Shown: positions 1 through 13,689 of the stretch, piece after piece
Position numbering within the stretch: position 1 is the stretch's first letter
Layout: every line of letters starts with the position of its first letter
Notes under the pieces: model-generated
Told to the model about the DNA's origin: nothing
Databases searched by the model: none
Seen by the model: the letters and a program-made list of their open reading frames with translations, nothing else
Origin: Tilletiaria anomala UBC 951
Lineage: Eukaryota
Assembly (NCBI RefSeq): GCF_000711695.1
Contig: NW_013547014.1
Location: 1 to 64,000, forward strand
Reading direction: 5' to 3'
Length of the DNA: 64,000 bases
Program-made: the position numbers and the translations under genes

Positions 1-242
1 CCAGGCGCGCGGCGCGGCTCGCGAGCCGCAGCGGCACGACGGGCATCATGGAGGGTCTCGTCATTCACCTCATCCTCAACCTCACCGCGCTCGCATTTGC
101 GCTCCTGGCTGGCGTGGCTGGCTTCCTCTTTTCCGCGCACCAGGTTCACGTACCCGCAGACGCACCGCTCGTGGCGCTCCTGTGCACGCTCCTGCCGTAC
201 GGCGTTCTGCGCCTTTGTGCCGATACGCTGACGAATGCGTGA
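1..242 (+). CDS. 3' end of an unidentified membrane protein (5'-partial)
   Basis: Frame is open from the window edge to TGA at 240-242, with GC-rich coding-like codons and two hydrophobic stretches (LVIHLILNLTALAFALLAGVAGFLF; PLVALLCTLLPYGVL). No family recognised. Confidence 0.4.
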   Translation, partial: RRAARLASRSGTTGIMEGLVIHLILNLTALAFALLAGVAGFLFSAHQVHVPADAPLVALLCTLLPYGVLRLCADTLTNA

Positions 243-693
243 GTGATGACATGGTAGAGCGATAGGCTGCTGCCGCTCCGTGGAAATGACTGACGTTTGG
301 CTTGTTGCTTTGCGTAGGGTCGATACGCTGTACCTCTGCTACGCCATCGATGACACCGCAAACACTGAGCACTGCCAGAAAGCGGCGCAAGCTGTGAGAA
401 CTTCATCAATGGACATCTCATGAGTCCGAACCGCCTGACTGACAGCCCCTCTTCTACTCCCCCTACACAACAAAACCAGTTCCAGCGGACAGGCTCCTAA
501 TATCTATACCTCCACTCACGACAATGCACCTCTATGACAAGCTTCATGTATCCTAGCCAGAGACTGTATCGACCTATCGCATCCCTCTCACCATCGCGAT
601 CGAGCACTCATTCCAAGATGACGCTGGGTATGCAGGGCTGTGCAAATGCATTGCAAACGAAGAATTTTACAGTGAACATACATTTCGTGCGCC

Positions 694-3543
694 TCAATCA
701 TCGCCGGCCTTAGAGGCCACTGGCAAGTCGTGTATGGGCGTCATGCCCGTCTCGCTCGGGATGCCGATACCCGCTCCAGCGACGACGGAGCGGCTGGCAA
801 ATGTAGGACTGGCAGTACCGACGCTTCGAAGCGAAGGAGATGCGGTACCCACGCTGCGCGGCGACGTGGGCTCCACGTGTAACTCTGCCGCGGTGCCATC
901 AAAGAATCCTGCATCGGCTACTGCAGCGCCTGTGCGGCCCTCGGCCGCACCATTCACGCTGGCACTGGCGCTCGGTGCGATGCTCGAGGTGCTGCTGTCA
1001 AAACTCGCACGCGACGCCAGAGGCGGGCGCATGACCCAGTCGGGGCGTGCAGGAAGAGGATGGTGAGATGTCGAAGCTACCGACCCTGGTTTGGAGGATC
1101 GGGAAGAGGCCGAGGAAGAGGACTGGAAGGAAGAGCGAAGGGCCAAGATGAATGAGTCAGTGTTGGGGGTACACGCCGGTCTTTGCAAACGGCCACATAT
1201 CCTCACGACAACAGAGGAAGTATCATGCGAAGGGCTTTTCTTGGCAACTAGACAAAGGTCGAGACCACTTGCAGCGCTACTGGAACGGCTCGCTGCTCTT
1301 CCGCTGTAGTCTGACCCCTGCACTGAGAGGCCAGATGATGGGCTGCTCCTGCTCCTACTCGCCGGCCCGCCCATAGCAGCGTGGCCGCCCGGGTATAGGT
1401 CCGCAAGCGTGCCAGGTTGCATTGGGCTGCGACCTTGCGAGTGTGGGTAAGGCGGCACTCCGGCGCATCCAGACTGCGCATGGCCGTTCAGCGGCCCCGG
1501 AGGGCCAGCGTGCTGCGGCTGTTGCTGCTGCTGATAATGCAGCCAAGGAGCTCCCTGCGGATGCGCATACGCATGAAGAGGCTGTTGTTGCGGCTGCTGC
1601 TGCTGTTGCAGATACCCAGGATGTGTCTGCGTCATTGCGAATACAGGGACACCTTGCACAATGCCTGCCTGGTACATCCCTTGCGGGATCTGCATCGGCG
1701 TCGTCCCACCTGTCGGATCGAATCCGGGTTGCCCTTGCACAGCAGGATAGTAACCCTCGGCACCCGGGCTTGCCCCTGGGCCAGGGCTAGGTCCCGAGTA
1801 TGAGCCGCCATTGGAGATGGGAGGATAGCCGATCGGCTGTTGGCTGTACTGCACGGCGTGCGGATCATGCAGGGGGTGCCCGCCGGGATGTTGCCAGCCG
1901 GGCGGAGCTATCCCTGGCGCCGCGTGCGGTGGGTATTGCTGTTGGTAGGACCGGCTGGAAGAGGCACGGGAGGAGCAGCGGGAGGAAGAGGATGCTGTAC
2001 TGAAGGATGCTTCTGAAGGCGAGATACCGTCTAGAGGAGCCTCTGGCACATGCGGAGGCACTCGCCGATTGCCGTTTGAGGCGGCATGCCCCAAAGCACC
2101 CGAGCTGCCGTTCGGCTCGGCGCTCACTCTCCCAGATGATCTAGCCGACGGATCGAATGCAGGTGCTGATGGCCGCAAAGCTGCCTTAGACGTGATCTGT
2201 CTCCTGGTCATACCTGCCCATTCCACGTCACCCCGGAATGGCATCAAGAGCGCAGCCGCGTTTGTACCCTCTGCCACCGATGCCCCTTGCTGTTGCAGCG
2301 GTGTCTGTTGCTCGCCGTCCACCTCTTTGCCCTTGTGACTCGCCCTCGCCTTTGCTTCCGCCTCCGAGAAGCCCTGGAAGATCCGCTCCCTGGCTTCCCT
2401 GTACGCCGCCTCCCGCTCTTCGATGGTCATATTTCTGCGGTCGCGCCTGGCCCCATTCGCGCTGCCTGAGGCAGCAGATGAGCCACCATGTGACAGATCA
2501 TCCTGTGCCGAGAGATGCGGTGACTGGGCTCGAGTGGTAGAAGCGGACGGGTCGCGGCGCATGATTTTGAAGGCTTGGGGCCTGGTGGCGGGAGCAGATT
2601 GCACTTCAGGAGGAACCAGTGCTGTCGCTCTTACTGATGGCAGGGTGTGTGGGCTTCCGATAGCAATGAGGAAGACGAGCGCACTTAAGCTTGTTGATCT
2701 TTTTGCATTCTCACGACATTGATACTCACATGTTAGAATCAGTTCGCTTGGTCAAGCAAACAGCCTTCGTGTGCGGGTCGATAGAGTGTACCAAGAGGAA
2801 TTGGTCCGCAAGGCGATGTACGAGAAGGCGCTGGTACGAATTCATCAAAGGCAGCTCCCAAGAGGTTCGTCTGTAAACATCGCAAAAGTGAGACATTAGC
2901 ATTTCCTTTCTGTCGTCGGAGCCACCGCTGCCAAGCTCTGGTAAACTTACTCGGCGTCTCTGACAAAGCCGATCATGTCGATCTCCTGCTTGATGACAAA
3001 CGCTCTGTCCCTTCCATTCCGCAGAGCACTTATCAGCGTCGGATCGAGTTCCGGAACGCCTGTCACTGTGGCTGCCCCTGAGGCAGGTGCTTGGTCGGGC
3101 ACAATAGCCGCGCCAGTCGATGAAGGACTTCGCGCTGACGAGCTATCCGAGCCCTTGACACCTTCCTGAGAGTCGCCATGTAGTCGCAAAGCAGATAAAG
3201 CATTGCTCAGCTGACTCGAGTCCACCCCACCGCCCGAGGCCGCCAAGGTTTCAGGTGGCTGCTTCGTTGTAGCTGGACCGGGTTGGCTCTGTCCGTTTAC
3301 GCCCGACGCCTCTCCTGCGCCCAGTGATACCTGTGCTTCCAGCAGAAGCGGCGCAGATGGAGCTTGAGTATCTGGCGGCTGCGGTCTTTTCAGGACCTTG
3401 AGTGCATTTGGCTTGGCCGCCGCGGCCATCGAAAAGATGGGAGGAACCTGCGCGTGTGCTTGGGTGTGCTCGAATGCATGGGGTATGATGCCATCTGGAG
3501 CTCCGGCCGCTGTGCTCGGCCCCGATTCTATTGAAATGTCCAT
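694..3543 (-). CDS. R3H and SUZ domain RNA-binding protein (Encore/ARPP21/Rbs1-like), spliced
   Basis: ATG 3543 (MDISIESG). Removing intron 2950-2871 gives LPLMNSYQRLLVHRLADQF (R3H RxxxH). A second intron starts at 2729, followed by SUZ motifs FKIMRR and MTIEEREAAYREARERIF and a Q/P/G/Y-rich tail. Probable 84-nt intron at 1206-1123. Confidence 0.85.
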
Positions 3544-4400
3544 GACAGCCGGGCCAACGTAGTGGGAGCGGGTAGAGTGGTGGTTGGTTAGAGGCAGAAA
3601 TGCCCACTGCTGCATGCGAGGAGGTTTTTGCGTTATCGGCGCGGCATGATCCAGCGACAGCCCACAGTCCCACACGTCTTTGGAATATCAGACGTCTCAG
3701 TGGTAGTTCGGGCTGATTGTCGACAGGCACACAGGAAACCCTCTCGAAGAAGCCTGGCCCTTGGCGGTGGAAAGACCGCACCCAGCTGCAGCAAAAGTCG
3801 CTGGCTGGTCCGCTACGATGGTGAAGCGGCGGCACAAGGAGTAGGAAAGGTGAGGGCACGCTCGAACTCAGTGCAACCAACTAGGAGACTGGCCCTTGTT
3901 TGATACGAGTGGATCTTTGCGGCGCTCGCCGGTGCTGAATCAAACTCAAGTGATGATGATGTTGTTGATGGTGTGGTCCTTCTGAGTGTGAAGCAGGGAT
4001 TCCCTCAATCGATCAATTGATGGAAGTCAGGAGAGAGAGAAGAAGAAGCACGGGTGACTGCTCTACTGCCTCTTTCCGTTCCGCCCGCCCTCCCCCAGCC
4101 AGACTCTCTCCCACTTTTCCGCTCATGCGACCTGTCGACATCACTTGCAGCTAAATGACCTCGCCATCATCAACAGCACCTCGCGCATTCTGCTCTTGCC
4201 CGGTCATCTCCCTCCAGGTCCAACGGTGCGTTGCTCTTGTCTGCACGCAGTGTCGAGGCTCCAGCGTCGTCAGCGCTTCGCTGGAAAAACGGGCTTCTAC
4301 CCGCAGCTCCTGCCATTTCTCCAGCGCCGGGTTTGGCTGAACAAGATCTTCAGAAGGCCATATCACCACCCTCACACGACCTCGACACGCATCGCCCATC

Positions 4401-7400
4401 ATGGCCTCCGCGGCAGTGGCAAGCTCTATGGCGCCAGAGAAAAGCTGTCAAGAGCCCGTAGCAGGGCCATCGACCCCGCCTCCAGCACATCCATATGCCG
4501 CGACAGCCGCATCATCGCCATCTCTGCTGGCATATTCAGCGAACAACTGCACCAATCCCAGCGGCTTTCGGTTCGACGACTCGCACTTGTCACTGAGCGT
4601 TGCCTCAGCTAAAAACATCATCTTCACGCCCGAGAACCCTCCGCTCAGGTCTTTGACACCTCGACAGAGGGAAAAGTCCGCACTTCGCGGCCCAGAAAGC
4701 CGGGCCTCCAGCCTGGCAGCTGTATCGCCACATTCGAGTTTTGCGGGCCAGTCCTCACATCATTTATCAGAGATTCATGCCGAAAGTCTTCCCACACTCA
4801 CCTTCCGAAGAGGAAATGATGTGGCAGGCACCCTGTCCATTTCAGAAAAAGCGCCGATACCACGCAGCCGCGCGTTAGGCGTCACAATATCACATACAGC
4901 CCGCCCTCACCCCAAGGTGATCCCAAACCAAGAGCCCCTGTCGCGCTATACTATCCAACTAGCGCAAGAGAAACGTCTCGGACGGAGAGCGCAGTCGGAG
5001 AGGGTCCGTTCTGGCACGGTCAAAGACTTGTCTGCGTCCACACACAGCCTGCCGGGCGATTACTCACAGCAGCGTCAACCAACCGCCTCTTCGCAGCTGT
5101 CCAGTCCGACTTCGACAGCGTCGTCAAGCGCAAGAGCTGCTGCTGCACCCAAGTCTTCCGCATGGGGTGCACCGCGATCGTGGGCCGAACTCACATCGCG
5201 CGGGGGGAGAGCAGGCGGCGGCGTCGGAGCCAGATTGGGCAACAGCTCGTCGGCGCTCAACGACGGCGTCAATCCAGGTGCTTGCGCCGGGACCGTGACG
5301 GGTGCAAATACACCAGCGTGCTCCATTGCGTCGGCCGTCGCGTCGTCTATCGTGACTGAAACGACGCCCAACACGAACGCGAACTCGCAGGCGAGCAGCG
5401 CGGTCACCAGTCCCGTGCTTATGTCCGCGTCGGCCATGCTCGTGCCGCCGCTATCGATCCACGAGCCACAGGCTGGCGGCGCGAATCGTGCACCGGGCGG
5501 CGCTCACAACGTCAGGCAGAAGATGGGGCTGGAAGCTGCGCTTGTGGAGAGTCACCTGCAGTTCAGAGCGCCGGTCACCCTCCCGAGGGGTTTGGTGAAC
5601 ACCGGCAATCTCTGCTTTGCCAATTCGGTACGTTTGCGACATGCGCTGGAGTAGGACGCTGTTGGTGCACATGCTGACGCCGGAGTTTCTCCTTGATTCG
5701 CGCAGATCCTCCAAGCTTTAGTCTTCTGCGCTCCATTCTACAACCTCCTTATTACCATTGGCAAAGAGCTGCCGCACGATTTTGCCAATCGCACCCCCCT
5801 GATTGATGCAACGTGAGTAAGGACGAAGTCTTGTTATCAGCAGAGCTTTTCACGGCTCACTTCTCCGGTCTTCCTTCTGCCGGTCGCATACAGGATCCAA
5901 TTCGTCAGAGAATTTCCTGTCATTGGCAGTGTCGACAGTACGGCGCAGGAGCTGGTATCAGCATCCGAGCCATTCGCACCAGAATATATCTACGAAGCCA
6001 TGCGTCTGAAGAAGCGCTTTGATGCTATGCGGGTAAGCCTATGGAGTGCGCTCAGTGAAGGTCTGCAGTACGCTGACTGTGCCCTTACAATGGCTGTTCT
6101 AAATTTTAGCGAGGGCACCAGGAAGATGCGGAAGAGTTCCTCGGATTCTTCCTTGATTCCTTGCATGAGGAGCTGCTGTACGCTATCCAGAGAGCCAACG
6201 CCAAGCTTGCGGCCAATGGCATCCTCAGCAAGATGTCGGTCGCAGAAAAGACACTGAATGGGCTCAGCGGCTTTAGTGACGAGCAACTGGCCGACATGGG
6301 TCTCGGGCTAGCATCGAGGGATGATGCCAGCAGCGACATCAGCGAGCGCGAAGTGGTCCGCCCCGTCAGTCCGTCCGAGGAAGGGTGGATGGAAGTCGGC
6401 CAGAAAGGCAAGACGAGCTTTACGCGCACGACCTCAACGAGCGACTCACCGATCACGCACATCTTCGGCGGGAAACTCCGCTCGGTGCTTCGCACGCCTG
6501 GAGCTAAGGACAGCGTCACGCTCGAGCCGTACCAACCGCTGCAGCTGGACATCCAGCCGGCGCGCGTGCACACGATCGAGGATGCATTGCGCAACTTGAC
6601 TGAGCCCGAGACGATCCCTGGGGTGTACTCACCTAGTCGCGATGCGATCGTCGACGCCACGAAGCAGGTTTTCATCGAGAGCTTGCCGCCGGTGCTGGTG
6701 CTGCACCTCAAGCGGTTCGTGTATGATGAGATTGGAGGGGTGCAGAAGGACAGCAAGGAAATTGGGTATGACACAGTGCTGGATGTTGCTTCCGAGGTAA
6801 TCAGTCCTACACGCAGGGCTGATACTATCACGCGATATAGGCTCTTTGGAGGTGAATCACGGAAAGAGATCTCCAGATGACATGCGGAAATCTCACTAGC
6901 CCCGCTGCATTTCACAGTTGTCTACCATCACGGTCGCTACGCAACCGGCGGGCATTACACTGTCGACGTTCTGCGCCAGGATTCGCAACAGTGGGTCCAC
7001 ATCGACGACACGAACATCTCGCCGATCCAGGTGGACCAGGTGCGGCGCGTCAAGCAGCGTGACTCGAACGATTTTGTGCAACGTGGACCGAGCAGCGCGT
7101 CTGGCCATGAAGGACTGGCGTATTTGCTTTTCTACAAGCGTGAGGAGTTGGCGGAGAGCGCGACAGTGCGCGAAGGGGACGCGTTGCGAAACCCGGCCAA
7201 GGTCAACGGGCATGGGCATATGTACACGAAGCCTTCTTTTAAGCAAGCCGCTAAGGCTTTTGCGCCGAAACAAGCGACTCAGAGTCCCAAGGCCGCGCCA
7301 GTAACTCCAGCTGATGTCGCTTTCGGGCCTACTCTCTCCGCCACCGCCGTTCCTGGCGCAAAACCGCGGCCGCCAGGTGCGCCGCCACCGAAAAAGGGAG

Positions 7401-7432
7401 CACCAAGATCGAAAGTCAAGGTGCAATCCTGA
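4401..7432 (+). CDS. UBP3: Ubiquitin-specific protease, Ubp3/USP10 family, spliced
   Basis: Cys box RGLVNTGNLCFANS|ILQAL across intron 5628-5705; HQEDAEEFLGF; SPITHIFGGKLRS; LPPVLVLHLKRF; His box VYHHGRYATGGHYTVDV..WVHIDD; AYLLFY. Long disordered N-terminus containing a PRSWA motif. Confidence 0.92.
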
Positions 7433-7688
7433 TGTCATCAGCATAACACCGTGCCGCGGATTGTTGCATGTCTCTAGATCATGCTCGCCGCCAGCATTCG
7501 GCCTTTCAGAGATTTTCCAATTCCCACGCTTATTACTACACATCGTACGGAGCTCACCCCTGCATTCCATCGAATGCTGTCTTAGAATCAATCGAATTCT
7601 GCAGTTCATACATTTTTTCGAAGCCCGGAGGGGGGATTCTTACAAAGCGCATTGAAATGACCTCGGCTAAACATGCTTTGAAACACCC

Positions 7689-8733
7689 TTAGACCTGAGA
7701 GCCGCGGGTAAGGTAGGCTTTCTGTGGGGTTCAGGCAGGCATGAAGAAGCGCGCATGTCAGCCGAACTAGATGAGGTAGTTGGGATGTGGAACACGGAGT
7801 ACACACCATGCCATGTGTAGCGAGCTCTTGCTTGGCTTGTGCAAAAGTGTGGCCCTGCTCGTGGTTGTGTTTCCAGATCTCCCTAAAGTACCAGAGGTTC
7901 CCTAGTCCTTGAACGGCGACCATGATAGTGTTGATGGTTGCAAATATGCCAGCTAGGATGCGAGAGCTGCTAAAGCTGGAGATGACGGTAATGATTCCTG
8001 CACAGCCTGTCGATGGGATCCCGATTAGAGAGTACGCCGAGTATGCGAGGTGGAAGCCCATGAAGAGGAAGTACACGTAGTACCACAAAGAGTTTTCCGT
8101 ATTGAAAGCGTTGTATGCTGGTCGATACCACAGCAGGAAGGCGAGGGTGGTGAGGATGGGGAAGTAGACAATGCTTGATATCATGTCTCTCGCACCGTCA
8201 CGCGCGCCAGAGACGAGTAGGAAGATACAAGCGAGCATGTTGATGCACAACGAGGCCGACCAGAGCATCCAAAGAAGGTAGAGGTGCCTGACGACCTGTT
8301 GTGACTCAGGAGGAATCTCCACATCGATATCGTGATAGATCAGCGGATAGACTAAAATAACCGCATCCAATCAGCACGAGATAAAGAGAGAAGTATGCCC
8401 ATGAATTAGTTCGTGCTTACAAAAAGGCCAATTATTCCGTCCGTGCTTCTTGATGTGGTCCGCCCGACTCTGCAAGTCTCGCTCCCTCTGCTCGAGCTCG
8501 CGCTCTCTCCGCTCGATTTCCGCGAGTCTCGCGGCATCACTTTGGCCAGCACCGCCGCTTCCAAGATCCACACCGCTACCACTGTGTCCATACCCATCCT
8601 CCTCGAAAGCCATCGACTTGCTGCTGCCTACATCTTCGTAGGCACGGTTACCGGATGAGAGAGCACCTTGTACGCTCGGGTCCGCGAACGGGTTTGCGTC
8701 CAGCGCGTTGCGGTCGGCAAATGGATCCGCCAT
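7689..8733 (-). CDS. Secretory carrier membrane protein (SCAMP), spliced
   Basis: N-terminal DPF/NPF motifs, coiled coil, NNWPF|YPLIYHDIDVEIP, four hydrophobic segments, LWYRPAYNAF. Short last exon KAYLTRGSQV* ends at 7689. Confidence 0.92.
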
Positions 8734-9420
8734 GCTTGTGAATTTACGCTGCGTGTGCGCTCACTGCCTAGTGTTGTCGAAGAGCCTACCACTCAAAATA
8801 CTCACAGATAGACAGTTGCAAGGACATACAACTCAAGAGCTCTTGTCATATGCACTCAACCTTGCTATGCATACGGCATACACCAGTCCCGAAAGGCTGA
8901 AAGGGTGCCGCGCCGAAGGCGTGTTGTTGAGCGGCGTGACATGTTTTACAACATATCTGCCTCAAGAGTTGCGAGAACAGCGACAAGTACTGGCCACAGC
9001 TCACAAGCTCGTCAGCGTATACGCTACTCCCACTACATATTGCATTGGTACGAACTTCTGCTTGTCCAAGCCGCTAAACTGTGCCTTGAATCGACGAGCT
9101 TGCTTCCCGTCGAGCGAGGACGCGGCATGAGCTGCCATAGTCAATATGCCCCCCAAGCCGACAAGTGGGCTATCCGCTGAAAATGTGAGTGCTGCGCGTC
9201 TGCATCGTCCATCCCGCGACGCGTTTTTGTGTTCGTTGGTCGCCACAACGCGTCCAGGTCTCTGGGATGCTCCAAGGAGGGTGGTAGCAGGATATTTCGC
9301 CTTGAAACGCGTCACCATCCTTTGAATTGGTGACTGTTGCTGGCTGGACGCGAGCAAATGCTCACGTGTGACTATGCACGCACCATATTGCTCATCGATG
9401 CGGTTGAGCAGGTGTGTGAT

Positions 9421-12400
9421 ATGCCTGGCGACAATGACCTGCTGGGAATGACGAGTGGCAGCAAGGAGACGCCGTCGTCGTCCTTGGAGCGCAGTATGAC
9501 TGCGACATGCATGGAATTGTCTCCGTCTCCCAATAAACCTTGCTATCTTGGAATCTCACAGTCCGCGTGCTGATCCCATCGCTTGCGACCTACTGGTTCT
9601 ACCACGTTGCAAATGTAGATTGTGGAAGGAGGTAGACAACGAAAGCGAATCAAGCTTGTCGATCACAAGGGGGACGCATCTGCTGCAGATCAAAGCTCAT
9701 CCTCCATAGCAAGCAATGACGCAGCTGGCTCGTCCTCGGCAGGAGCCGGCGGGCATGGGGCACAGGGCGATGCAGAGACAGCCTTCATACAAGGCAAGCA
9801 GCTGCTTGAAGTTATTCTAAACGCACTAGAGTGAGTTCAGATTAAATCCATGTACCCTCCCAGCTCCTGCTGACTGTTTGCCCACCAGCCCGGAGAACTA
9901 CCTTATCGCAGAACCCTTTATGCGGCTTCCCAGCTCGGAGTTGTACCCTGATTACTACCAAGTGATCAAGCGGCCGCTGTCATTGGAGGAAGTGGTCGAC
10001 AAGCTGCATGCGCGCAGCTATACGTCTCTCGACGACTTGCGGCAAGACTGTGAGACGATTTGCAACAACGCCAAGCGATACAACCAAAAGGAAAGCACTA
10101 TTTGGGTACTTGCGAAGAGATTGCATGCCCTCGTCAAAGACACGCACATTTCCCTTGTTGAAGATGGAGCGGTGCCGGAAGCCCTGACACCCGCTACTGT
10201 CACACACGACCCATCAGATCCGGACGTAGTCCGACATTTTTTGGATGGTGGAAGACCCAGAAAGCGGATTCGGCTCGTGGAATCGGCCAAACTCTCCACC
10301 GTTGCTGCAGCTTCGCCGGCGCCATCGGCCGTGAGCGAGGTGAATAATGCACATAATGGACCCGCAGACGAAGACCCAAAGAAAGTATTCAAGCAGGGAA
10401 TACAGCTGCTGGAGGTTCTGCTAAATGCATTAGAGTAAGTGCTTCCCCAGTACGCCGAGGTGTTGCTCGTCGATGCTGACATGGTCTATCCGCGCAGTCC
10501 TGATCGGTTCCTCATTGCCGAGCCCTTCATGACGCTTCCGTCACGAGAGCTCTACCCTGATTACTATCAGATTATCAAGCGCCCGATTGCTTTTGAGGAG
10601 ATTGTCGACAAACTGCATGAAAGAAGCTACAAGAGCCTGGACGAGTTAAAGCACGACTGCGAGACGATTTGCAATAACGCCAAGCGGTACAACCTGAGGG
10701 ACAGTACGATTTGGGTTCTTGCCAAGCGCTTGCATGTGGGTCGTATTCAGCGTATTGGTTACACGGGTTGAGGTATGCTGATTTGATTCGCTTGATGACA
10801 TCCGTCAGTCACTCGTCAAAGATGCGCATGCTGGCCTCGTCGAGAACGGCGCTGTGCCCTCGGAGCTCAGACCTGCCGCGGTCATGCACAACCCTTCAGA
10901 TCTTCAAGTAGTGCGCAAATTTGATCCTAACGCTGGCATGGAAGACGATGCAGAAGACGAGGAAGGCGAGAGCGGGGAAGTCAAAGGAAAGGGAGGGCGA
11001 AAAGGCGCGAAAGGCAAGCTAGCGAAAGGAAAGGAAATACAGGAGGAGCCAGAGGACATGTCTGCAGTGTTGGACTGTGCCACTGCACCTGGAGGGAAAA
11101 CAAAAATCACCATTCGTCCGCCGAAGAAGAGCTTGGACTCGGCTGCCGTTTCTTCAGGCGCTTTTGCGAGCGCGGATGGCCTCAAAGCACAAGAAGAGCA
11201 GGCGAAAGTCAAAGGGAATGACCCAGCAAGGGGTGCGGCAATCGCTCCGGCTGAGGGCAGCTCCTTCTCAGAGCAAGACATTGGCCGTGAGGTGAAGCTC
11301 GGGGCTCTGGAGGTACAAGCAGCGTCCCCTATCAGCGCTGGCGAATGTAACCAAGACAGAAAGGAGAAGAACGGCACAGAAGAAGTGCAACAAGGGGTTC
11401 AGTTGGCCTCCACCGGCCTAGCTGTGAGCTCGGTGGGATTCGGCTCGAAGCAGAAAGATCCGGAAAAGGAAAGAGACAAGGAAAAGGAGAAGGAAATGTC
11501 GCGCAATGTCGCACGGGGCAAATACCTCAAAGTTGCGCTCAAGGCTTGGCTCAAGAGCGTTCAAGACCTGGTTCGGCCGGACGGCTCGTCCGTCACAGAA
11601 TTTTTCCAATCGTTGCCATCCAAGTCAGAATATCCGGACTACTACAAGGTCATTCCCAAGCCAGTGTCCTTGTATGAGATCGAGGTGAGAGAGTTGGTAG
11701 CGTGTCAGGTCCACAGGGTCCATGTCTGAAATGTGCTTTCCGTGTCGCTCCTTCGAATTCCAGAGCAAAATGCAATCCAAGACGTTCATGAACGGCTATG
11801 CACTGCACAAGGATCTTATGCAGATGCTGGACAACGCACAATTTTACAATGAGGAGGGCTCCTTGGTTTGGTTAGACGCTCAAAGGATACGAGTGAGTGG
11901 CCTCGAACCTTAGGGTGATGCTTCGAGGCTGACCAGGTGCGCACGCCCGGCCCTCGTAGCTGCACATCGAGCAAAAAGCCGTTCCACAATTTTTGTCAGA
12001 AGGCTTCACGCTAAATGAGGAAGACGTGCGCAACTCTGCGGTCCCCGGCGAGCTAGGGGTGGTGCGGCATGGAGATGCGAAGAGCCGCGACTCCTCGGAA
12101 CACAAATTGAAGCAGCGACTGCATCGCCTGAATCAAGAAAAGGAACGGCAAGGTACACCCACGACACCTGGGGACACCTCCTATTCATCCATCGGTGGGT
12201 TGTCCCCGACACAGTTGCTGCCACCTTCCATGTCGCCGTCCAAGCTTCCGCCTCAGTATGCGGTGCGGCCACAGCCGCCTCTTCCGCCACCGCATCAGCA
12301 GCTGAAGCAGATGCAACGCCAGAAGTCGGCCACACAGACGCCTCAACCGCATACGACCACCGTGGTCGGCGCTCAGCCCCAGCGTCTCCTGCCAGTGCCA

Positions 12401-13606
12401 TCTCCTCAGATGATCCACGGCGCAGGGCCATCCCCCTACCCTGCGCACACATCCATACTGCCGCCAGGCGTGCAATTCCCTCCTGTCCCTGGCATCGGCC
12501 CTCCATTTTCGCATCCCACTACATTCCCGACCGGTTCACTTCCCTTTGGGCAGTCGCCCATCGGAGGATCGGCGTCGCAACCAGGATCATACCCATCAAC
12601 ACCAATGCATGGGTTTCCACACTTTGGGCAGCAACGACCGGGCATGTTGCCGCCAGGCTTTCCATCCCTGCATGGCTACGGCGCTGGGCCATCCGGCTTG
12701 GCGCATGCGATGTCATTTTCTTCGCCCCAGGCCACCCCCGGCGCGCCTGGCTACGCGCCTTTTGGTACTCCCGGGCATCCCGGAATGGCAAGTCTGTCCA
12801 TGGATCAGGATGTCCCGCCTCCAGAGGAAGTGCAAGCACAAGCGCCGCCGCCAGCACTCAGACCAGCATCTTACTTCGCACAGATCATCAATCCTGTCGT
12901 ACCATGGGCGCTGAACGGAATCCGTCGACCGCACGCCATTCCTTTCTTCTTGATCGACGTGCAATGGCGACAGGTTGGAGCCCCGCGGACTCTCGAAAAG
13001 TACACCGCAGAAATCGTCCACGAGACCATCGTTGTCGACAGCAGCCGCCTCAAGCAGCACATGATTCGGGTGCGCAAAGGGCAACACGTGGCAACACGGC
13101 GGCGACAGCCTGGGAAGCTTGAATTGGCCTCTGTGAAGATCCGGTTTGTGCTCCGCGAATTCGACGACCCTGATGCACAGACGCCCATCAGCGAGCGGCC
13201 GAAGTCCAACGGACCGGGAGGCGAGGATGACAACAACAGCATTGAATGCCTGAATGCCCAGGACCCAGCCGAGCATCGCAACAAGCTTGACTTCCTAGTG
13301 AATGTGATGCAGGACGGTGCGCAGGTCGGCAAGCTTAGGCGCGGCGTCATAGAAGCGCCCGGCGAGATCAACGGCACTCATGAGAAAGTAGAGCGAGACG
13401 GAGTACAGAATAGCTGGGCGTCAATCGTCTTTGAGCCTAAGCTAAAGGTGGGGCTTAACACCATGGACATCGATGTTGAACCGTCTCCACCGTGTCCCGA
13501 GCTGTGCGCACTAATCGTAGATGAAAGCGCGCCCGTAGAGCTGCGAGATAGGGCAAAGGTGCTCAAGCTGCTCAAGGAGAGATACAGGCTCTTTCTGTAT
13601 GTATAG
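9421..13606 (+). CDS. Triple-bromodomain chromatin protein (Rsc4/polybromo-like), spliced; start uncertain
   Basis: Three bromodomains: PFMRLPSSELYPDYYQVIKRP..NNAKRYN; PFMTLPSRELYPDYYQIIKRP..NNAKRYN; FFQSLPSKSEYPDYYKVIPKP..DNAQFYN. Introns 9831-9888, 10435-10497, 10736-10808, 11684-11763, 11893-11959. Then a Pro-rich region and a beta-rich C-terminal domain. The first exon could not be fixed; the clear frame begins at about 9619. Confidence 0.85.
9622..10925 (+). repeat. Two-copy intragenic tandem duplication of a bromodomain module (about 9622-10245 and 10246-10925)
   Basis: Both copies read (E/D)GGRxRKRI(K/R)LV...F(I/K)QGxQLLEVxLNALDP..LIAEPFM...DCETICNNAKRYN..STIWVLAKRLHxLVKD...HxPSDxxVVRxF, with visible nucleotide similarity and a shared intron position. 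Confidence 0.9.
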
Positions 13607-13689
13607 TCGCTCTCAATTGGTACTCAACACGCAAATGCATTACAAAGACGATACGTGAGCTGGCATCTATTCGCTTGCTCCCGCACAAA

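Noticed and set aside
790..865. Repeated RSVGTASP peptide in the R3H/SUZ tail
   Set aside because: Ordinary two-copy coding micro-duplication in a disordered region.
3950..3986. GTGATGA...CTGA resembling C/D snoRNA boxes
   Set aside because: Boxes are only about 35 nt apart, within a (GAT/GTT) microsatellite, with no recognisable guide or terminal stem.
9001..9357. 118-aa minus-strand ORF with an acceptor-like CTCAC..TTTTCAG between SCAMP and the bromodomain gene
   Set aside because: No recognisable motif or consistent gene model; could be UTR or promoter sequence.
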